NCBI GenBank assembly: GCA_963814115.1
Contig: CAWFBS010000008.1
Span: 520,160-584,159 of the forward strand
Direction of reading: 5' to 3'
DNA: 64,000 nt
DNA from: an uncultured Chloroflexia bacterium
GTDB taxonomy: Bacteria > Chloroflexota > Limnocylindria > Limnocylindrales > CSP1-4
The notes beneath the pieces are model-generated. The model saw only the letters and a program-made list of their open reading frames with translations. It searched no databases and had not been told where the DNA came from. A program made the position numbers and the translations under genes. Below, piece after piece: positions 58,504 through 64,000 of the stretch (positions within the stretch are counted from its first letter, which is position 1; the number at the start of each line of letters is the position of its first letter).

Positions 58504-59702
58504 GCGGACGGGCCTCCCTCGTGCTCGCGATCGAGTCGTCCTGCGACGAGACCGGGGTCGCGCTCGTCGCAGGCGGGCGCCGGATCCTGGCCCAGGCGGT
58601 CGCGAGCCAGATCGCCCTGCACGCACCGGCCGGCGGGATCGTGCCCGAGCTCGCGGCCCGGGCACACCTACGCTGGATCGTGCCCGCGCTGGAGGACGTG
58701 CTGGCGACGACGAGCGTCACGATGACCGAGGTCGATGCGATCGCGGTGACGGCCGGCCCGGGTCTGGCCGGATCGCTCCTGGTGGGCATTGCCTTCGCCA
58801 AGACCCTGGCCTGGGCGTACCGGCGCCCACTCGTCGGGGTCAACCACCTCGAGGGCCACCTGTACGCGGCATGGCTGCTTGATCCCGGCGAACCAGAGCG
58901 TCCGGAGCCGCCGTTCCCGCTCGTAGCGCTTGTCGTGTCCGGCGGGCACACGTTCCTCGTCGAGATGCGGGATCACATCACCTACCGGCTCCTCGGGGAG
59001 ACCGTCGACGATGCCGCCGGCGAGGCGTTCGACAAGGTCGGTCGGCTCCTCGGCCTGGGGTACCCGGGTGGACCCGCGATCGCCGCCGCGGCAGCCCGCT
59101 CGCAAGTCCACGACGCGGCCTTCCCGCGGGCGTGGCTGGGGAGGTCGTACGACTTCAGCTTCTCCGGCCTCAAGACGGCACTGCGGCGCCAGGTCGAGAT
59201 GGAGCTGGCGGCAGCGGGCCGGCCGGCAACAGAGGCGGGTGGACGGCTCGACCCGGCCCGCGTCACGGAGCTGGCCTGGGGCTTTCAGGAGGCAGTGGTC
59301 GACGTGCTGGCCGTCAAGACCCTCCGCGCCGCCGACGAGACGGCTGCCCGGGCCATCGTCATGGGTGGTGGCGTCGCCTCGAACGTCGCGCTCCGCGAGC
59401 GCATCTCGGCCGGCGCCGCGACTCGTGGCCTGCCCCTCTTCGTCCCGCGCCCCGGCCTATGCACGGACAACGGCGCGATGATCGGGGCCGCGGGGTGGCG
59501 AAGGTTCCTCGCCGGCGAGCGCGCCGGCGAGGACCTCGGGGCGAGACCGGCCTGGCCCCTCGTTCGTCCCGGCGGGGCGCCGGACACCCGCCGGCCTCCC
59601 CGAAGGGGGGCCGCCGCGAGGGCCTACGAGGTCGCCCTGGCCGCCGAGCGCGACGGCGCCGGCGGCGCGCCGGTCCCGGCCGAGCGCGGGCAGACGCTGT
59701 GA
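58500..59702 (+). CDS. tsaD: t6A threonylcarbamoyltransferase TsaD
   Basis: LAIESSCDET, NHLEGH, SGGHT, GEAFDK, FSFSGLKT, TDNGAMI. Confidence 0.97.
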   Translation: MSGRASLVLAIESSCDETGVALVAGGRRILAQAVASQIALHAPAGGIVPELAARAHLRWIVPALEDVLATTSVTMTEVDAIAVTAGPGLAGSLLVGIAFAKTLAWAYRRPLVGVNHLEGHLYAAWLLDPGEPERPEPPFPLVALVVSGGHTFLVEMRDHITYRLLGETVDDAAGEAFDKVGRLLGLGYPGGPAIAAAAARSQVHDAAFPRAWLGRSYDFSFSGLKTALRRQVEMELAAAGRPATEAGGRLDPARVTELAWGFQEAVVDVLAVKTLRAADETAARAIVMGGGVASNVALRERISAGAATRGLPLFVPRPGLCTDNGAMIGAAGWRRFLAGERAGEDLGARPAWPLVRPGGAPDTRRPPRRGAAARAYEVALAAERDGAGGAPVPAERGQTL

Positions 59703-60640
59703 GCGCGGTTCGCCTGGACCCCGGAGCGGTTCGGCGGACGCTGCGCGCCGCCGGCCTGCGCCCCCAGCGACGCTTCAGCCAGAACTTCCTCGTGGACATC
59801 GACGTGCTCGAGGCGATCCTCGCGGCGGCAGGCGCGTCGGCCGGGCGCACGGTGCTCGAGATCGGGCCCGGGCTCGGCATCCTGACCGGCGGCTTGCTGG
59901 AAGCGGGCGCCGCGGTGACAGCGGTTGAGCTGGACCGCGGGATGGTCGATCACCTCGCCACCGCCTTCGAGCCAGCCCTGGCGGCCGCCGCCGAGGGACC
60001 CCGCCCACCGGCGCCGAACCCGTCCGGGACATTGCGACTGGTGGCGGCGGACATCCTCGATGTCGACCTCACCGAGCTGCTCGTCGCGCCGTTCGACGTC
60101 GTCGCGAACCTCCCCTACCACGTCACGAGCCCGGTCCTGCACCGCCTCCTGGGCACGGAGCCGCGCCCCGAGCGCTGCATCCTGATGCTCCAGCGAGAGG
60201 TGGCCGAGCGCGTGACGGCGCGGCCCGGCGCCATGAGCTACCTCTCCGTCTTCGTCCAGTACCATGTCGCCGCGTCGCTGGTACGGCTCGTCCCACGGTC
60301 CGCGTTCGAGCCCGCTCCGGAGGTCGACTCGGCGATCATCGCGCTGGACCTCCGTGCCCCCGGCGGGGCGGGACGCCTCCCGCAGGAGATGGAGGACGAG
60401 CTGTGGCGGCTCGTGCAGGCAGGCTTCCGCGAGCGCCGGAAGATGCTCCGGAACGTCCTCGGACGGCAGCTGCCGGTGGGCCAGGAGCGCGTGGACGCGG
60501 CGCTCGCAGAGGCCGGGATCGCCGGCGATCGACGACCGCAGACGCTCTCGGTGACCGACTGGATCGGCCTGCTTGGCGCGATCGGGCCGCTCCCACCGGA
60601 CGAGCGAGGCCACCGTCGATCCCACCCGCACCCAGCCTGA
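59699..60640 (+). CDS. rsmA: 16S rRNA (A1518/A1519) dimethyltransferase RsmA/KsgA
   Basis: SQNFL, LEIGPGLG, VANLPY, PAPEVDS, FRERRKML; GTG 59699. Confidence 0.96.
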   Translation: MSAVRLDPGAVRRTLRAAGLRPQRRFSQNFLVDIDVLEAILAAAGASAGRTVLEIGPGLGILTGGLLEAGAAVTAVELDRGMVDHLATAFEPALAAAAEGPRPPAPNPSGTLRLVAADILDVDLTELLVAPFDVVANLPYHVTSPVLHRLLGTEPRPERCILMLQREVAERVTARPGAMSYLSVFVQYHVAASLVRLVPRSAFEPAPEVDSAIIALDLRAPGGAGRLPQEMEDELWRLVQAGFRERRKMLRNVLGRQLPVGQERVDAALAEAGIAGDRRPQTLSVTDWIGLLGAIGPLPPDERGHRRSHPHPA

Positions 60641-60647
60641 TCCGCCC

Positions 60648-61697
60648 GTGATGAACGAGGCGTCACGTCGTGTCACGCCGGTCGTCCGGCTCGCGCCGGC
60701 CAAGCTCAACCTGACGCTCGCGGTCACCGGGCGGCGCGAGGACGGCTTCCATGCGCTGCACTCGGTGATGGTCAGGCTCGACCTGGCCGACCGCCTGGCC
60801 CTCACGCCCGCGTTCGCGTCCGGGGACAGGTTGCGCGCCACCGGCCCGGGAATGCCGGACGTCGGCCCGTCCGAGCGCAATCTCGTCATGCGGGCGATCG
60901 GCGTGACGCGGGCAGCCTGCCGCGCGCGTGGCGTCGACCGGCCGCTGCCCGCCCTGGCGGCCCTGCTCGACAAGCGGATCCCGGTCGCGGCGGGACTCGG
61001 CGGCGGGAGCAGCGATGCCGCGGCGGCGATCGACGGGGCACTCGAAGCCTGGGGGGTGGGGGACGACCTGCCATCGTCGGTTCGAGCGACGATCGCGGCG
61101 GGCCTGGGCTCGGACGTGCCGTTCTTCCTGGCGGGGGACTGGGCGCTCGTGGAAGGGCGTGGCGAAAGCGTCGCGTCCCTCCCGCCGCCCCGCGGTCCGG
61201 CCCCGGCCGTCCTGCTCGTCACGCCCGGCGTCGTCGTGTCGACGGCCGCCGTCTATGCAGCCTACGCGGGTGGCATCCGGGCTGGCTCGGGGGCCACCCT
61301 GGCCTCATCGCGCCACCTCGCCGGCGAGCTTGCGGGCGGGATGACGGTCGCGACCTTCGCAGAACGAGCCGGGATCATGGCAGTCGCAAACGACCTGGCG
61401 GCCGCGACGGCCGCGGTGGTGCCGGGGCTGGTGCCGTTCCGCCGCGCGCTCGCGAGGCTGGTGGGACGTCCGCTCGGGCAGTCCGGCTCCGGCCCGACCC
61501 TCTGGGTCCTCTATCCTTCTATCGAAGCCGCGGAGACAGCCGCCGAGCTCGTCCGGGAAGCGCTCACCGCGGGCGCGCTCACACCGCCCGGCGACCGGCC
61601 CGCCTTCGTGGCCGCGACGTCGATCAGGGTCGGCGTCCCGTCCGTCGCCGCCGAGCCCGCTCGTCCAGCGGAGAACACCAACCAGGGAGGTTCCTGA
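60648..61697 (+). CDS. ispE: 4-diphosphocytidyl-2-C-methyl-D-erythritol kinase
   Basis: APAKLNLTL, KRIPVAAGLGGGSSDAAA, GSDVPFF, SGSGPT; start 60648 or 60651. Confidence 0.95.
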   Translation: MMNEASRRVTPVVRLAPAKLNLTLAVTGRREDGFHALHSVMVRLDLADRLALTPAFASGDRLRATGPGMPDVGPSERNLVMRAIGVTRAACRARGVDRPLPALAALLDKRIPVAAGLGGGSSDAAAAIDGALEAWGVGDDLPSSVRATIAAGLGSDVPFFLAGDWALVEGRGESVASLPPPRGPAPAVLLVTPGVVVSTAAVYAAYAGGIRAGSGATLASSRHLAGELAGGMTVATFAERAGIMAVANDLAAATAAVVPGLVPFRRALARLVGRPLGQSGSGPTLWVLYPSIEAAETAAELVREALTAGALTPPGDRPAFVAATSIRVGVPSVAAEPARPAENTNQGGS

Positions 61698-62083
61698 TGC
61701 CGCGCACCGCCATCTCGACCGCGCATGCTCCCGCCGCCATCGGGCCGTACAGCCAGGCAATTCGTGCCGACGGCTACCTGTTCTGCTCCGGCCAGCTCGG
61801 CCTGGATCCCGCGACCGGTGAATTCGTCGCCGGGGACGTCGCCGCCCAGGCCGAGCAGTCGCTGCGGAACCTGGGCGCGGTGCTCGAGGCGGCCGGCCTG
61901 ACGTTCGGCGACGTCGTCAAGACCACGATCTTCCTGGCCGACATCGCCGACTTCGCGATCGTCAACGGCGTCTACGGGCGCTTCATGACTGACCCACCGC
62001 CGGCGCGCTCCACGGTCGCGGTCGGGGCCCTGCCGAAAGGCGGTCGCGTGGAGATCGAGGCGATTGCGCGGTTGGGCGCCTGA
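61697..62083 (+). CDS. ridA: RidA family enamine/imine deaminase
   Basis: PAAIGPYSQA, SGQLG, VVKTTIFL, PARSTV, LPKGGRVEIE. Confidence 0.93.
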   Translation: MPRTAISTAHAPAAIGPYSQAIRADGYLFCSGQLGLDPATGEFVAGDVAAQAEQSLRNLGAVLEAAGLTFGDVVKTTIFLADIADFAIVNGVYGRFMTDPPPARSTVAVGALPKGGRVEIEAIARLGA

Positions 62084-62124
62084 TGGGTCCCGGCCGGGGC
62101 CCTTGGGTCCAGGGGCTGGCACGT

Positions 62125-62154
62125 TTGACACGGCCGCCGGACCGAACCTACGCT
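62125..62154 (+). promoter_or_regulatory. Sigma70-type promoter for glmU
   Basis: TTGACA-N18-TACGCT. Confidence 0.75.
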
Positions 62155-62259
62155 TCCCGGACACCAGATGCCCACTGACCAACCCACGCCGGACGGCAGA
62201 CGCGGCGACTCGCCGCGCCTCATCCCGCCCGGGTTGCCACAGCCGGGTGAGTCGGTCCG

Positions 62260-63819
62260 ATGACCCCTCGCCGCAGCGTTCCAGGCACCGCCGCGGTCGT
62301 CGACGCCCTCGACGGCCGCGGGGCGGTCGCCGTCGTGATGGCCGGCGGGTTGGGAACCCGCATGCGGTCGTCGGTCCCGAAGCTGCTGCACCCGCTGTGC
62401 GGCCGGCCGATGCTGTCCTACGTCGTGGATGCCGCCCGCGCGGCGACCGGACGGGACCCGATCGTGGTGACCTCGCCCGCGACCGCCGCTGTCCGCGACT
62501 CGTTCCCATCGGGCGTGGTGTTCGCGCTCCAGGAGCGCCCCGACGGGTCGGGCGACGCGGTCCGGGCCGCCCTTCCAGCCGTGCCCGCCGACGCGGCCGA
62601 GGTCGTGGTCCTTAACGGCGACATCCCCTTGGTCGAAGCGGGTCTCATCACGGGCGTGCTGGAACGCCGCCGCACGGCGGGCGCCGCGGTCGCCCTCGTG
62701 TCGTTCGACGCCTGGGAGCCGGGAGCGCTGGGGCGCGTGATCCTGGCGCCTGAGGGCGACCGGGTCGCCCGGCTCGTTGAGGCGCGAGACGCCACGCCCG
62801 GCGAGCTTGCCGTCAGCGAGGTGAACGCCGGGCTGTACGCGTTCGAGGCCGCGTGGCTGCGCCTGGCGGTCGAGCGCCTCACGCCATCCCCGGCGACCGG
62901 TGAGTACTACATCACGCAGCTCGTCGATCTCGCGGCGTCGGACGGGCTCGTGGTGGTGACCCACGAGGTGTCCGACGACGGCGCGCTGGACGGGATCAAC
63001 GACCGCGCCCAGCTGGCCGAGGCGACCGCGATGCTGCGCGAGCGCATCAACCTTGCCTGGCTCCGGGCCGGCGTCACGATGCACGATCCCGCGACGGCGT
63101 ACATCGACGCCGACGTGGACCTGGCGCCCGACGTGACCCTCGAGCCGAACGTGATCCTGCGCGGCAGGACCCGCGTGGAGGAGGGGAGTGTGATCGGCGC
63201 CGGGAGCCAGCTCGTCGACAGCCTGGTGGGCCCCCGGTGCCGGGTCTGGGCCAGCGTCCTCGAGCAGGCCAGCGTGGAGGAAGGGACCACCATCGGGCCG
63301 TTCAGCCACCTGCGGCCGGGCAGCTCCATCGGGCCGGACGTGCAGCTCGGCAACTTCGCGGAGGTGAAGAGCAGCCGGCTCGAGCGGGGGGTGAAGCAGC
63401 ACCACATGAGCTACCTTGGGGACGCCCACGTGGGTGCCGGCACGAACGTCGGTGCGGGCACGATCACCGCCAACTACGACGGCGTCCGCAAGCACCACAC
63501 GGAGATCGGTGAGCGCGTCTTCCTCGGGGTCGACACGATGCTGCGGGCCCCCGTCACGATCGGTGACGGGGCCAAGACCGGCGCTGGCGCGGTCGTCACG
63601 CGCGACGTCCCGGCGGGCATGCTCGCGGTCGGCGTGCCGGCCCGGATTCGCGAGCTGCGCCCTCCGGCCACCGGTCCGGTGGCGTCCGGCGCCGCGGAAG
63701 CGGCTGCGGGGTCGGAGGCGGCCAGCGCGGCCGAAGCGGCCGGGGACGCGCAAGCCGGGGCCAGGGACGGCCCGGGAGCGGCCACCGCCGCCCCGCGGCG
63801 GTCGGTCGCGGATTGCTGA
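62260..63819 (+). CDS. glmU: Bifunctional UDP-GlcNAc pyrophosphorylase / GlcN-1-P acetyltransferase
   Basis: AGGLGTRMRS..PKLLH, NGDIP, GEYYIT, hexapeptide repeats, HMSYLGDA, NVGAGTITANYDG. Confidence 0.96.
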   Translation: MTPRRSVPGTAAVVDALDGRGAVAVVMAGGLGTRMRSSVPKLLHPLCGRPMLSYVVDAARAATGRDPIVVTSPATAAVRDSFPSGVVFALQERPDGSGDAVRAALPAVPADAAEVVVLNGDIPLVEAGLITGVLERRRTAGAAVALVSFDAWEPGALGRVILAPEGDRVARLVEARDATPGELAVSEVNAGLYAFEAAWLRLAVERLTPSPATGEYYITQLVDLAASDGLVVVTHEVSDDGALDGINDRAQLAEATAMLRERINLAWLRAGVTMHDPATAYIDADVDLAPDVTLEPNVILRGRTRVEEGSVIGAGSQLVDSLVGPRCRVWASVLEQASVEEGTTIGPFSHLRPGSSIGPDVQLGNFAEVKSSRLERGVKQHHMSYLGDAHVGAGTNVGAGTITANYDGVRKHHTEIGERVFLGVDTMLRAPVTIGDGAKTGAGAVVTRDVPAGMLAVGVPARIRELRPPATGPVASGAAEAAAGSEAASAAEAAGDAQAGARDGPGAATAAPRRSVADC

Positions 63820-64000
63820 TGGATCTCCTGGTCCAGCTCGTCGTCATCGTCGTCCTGACCCTGCTCGAAGGGTTCTTCGTCGCGAGCGAGATCGCGCTCG
63901 TCTCGATCCGCCGGAGCCGGGTCGACCAGCTCGTCGACGAGGGGAGCAGCGCAGCCCGGCGGGTCCGGGGCCTGCTTGACGACCCCGGCCGCTTCCTGGC
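63819..64000 (+). CDS. Hemolysin-family / CNNM (DUF21) membrane protein, 3'-truncated (absent from ORF track)
   Basis: Hand translation MDLLVQLVVIVVLTLLEGFFVASEIALVSIRRSRVDQL...PGRFL; GFFVASEIAL is the DUF21 N-terminal signature. Confidence 0.85.
   Translation, partial: MDLLVQLVVIVVLTLLEGFFVASEIALVSIRRSRVDQLVDEGSSAARRVRGLLDDPGRFL

Noticed and set aside
58668-58673. TACGCT with rare CTA codon inside tsaD
   Set aside because: No -35 or extended -10 and no plausible downstream start; likely chance.
61512-61517. TATCCT inside ispE as an internal ridA promoter
   Set aside because: No supporting -35 or TGn; ridA is already stop-start coupled to ispE.

Overview
GC-rich (roughly 70% by eye) bacterial core-genome window. 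Every supported gene is on the + strand. The best taxonomic inference, from protein signatures and gene order, is Chloroflexota, possibly a Limnocylindria-like lineage. Gene order: clpC(5'-truncated)-radA-PIN/TRAM(yacL)-ispDF-cysS-rlmB; tRNA-Thr/Tyr/Thr-tuf-rpmG-tRNA-Trp-secE-nusG-rplKA-rplJL; rpoBC; a contiguous str-S10-spc-alpha block (rpsL to rplQ) followed by truA-rplM-rpsI; TPR protein-cdaA-cdaR-glmM-glmS-acpS-nnrD-alr; an unexplained four-gene module (divergent macrodomain, 96-aa protein, GlmL/MutL-like ASKHA protein, barrel-sandwich/KOW-like protein); tsaE-tsaB-rimI-tsaD-rsmA-ispE-ridA; glmU and a 3'-truncated CNNM/hemolysin-family gene. I found no rRNA, CRISPR array or transposase. The best candidate for an undescribed system is the translationally coupled module at 53214-56762. 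Other notable points are RpoB Ser at the rifampicin-contact His526 position, two nucleotide-identical tuf copies whose identity runs past the stop codon, a structured repeat-rich spacer between rplQ and truA, and several leaderless or intragenic promoter signals. All family assignments come from motif recognition; no searches were run.
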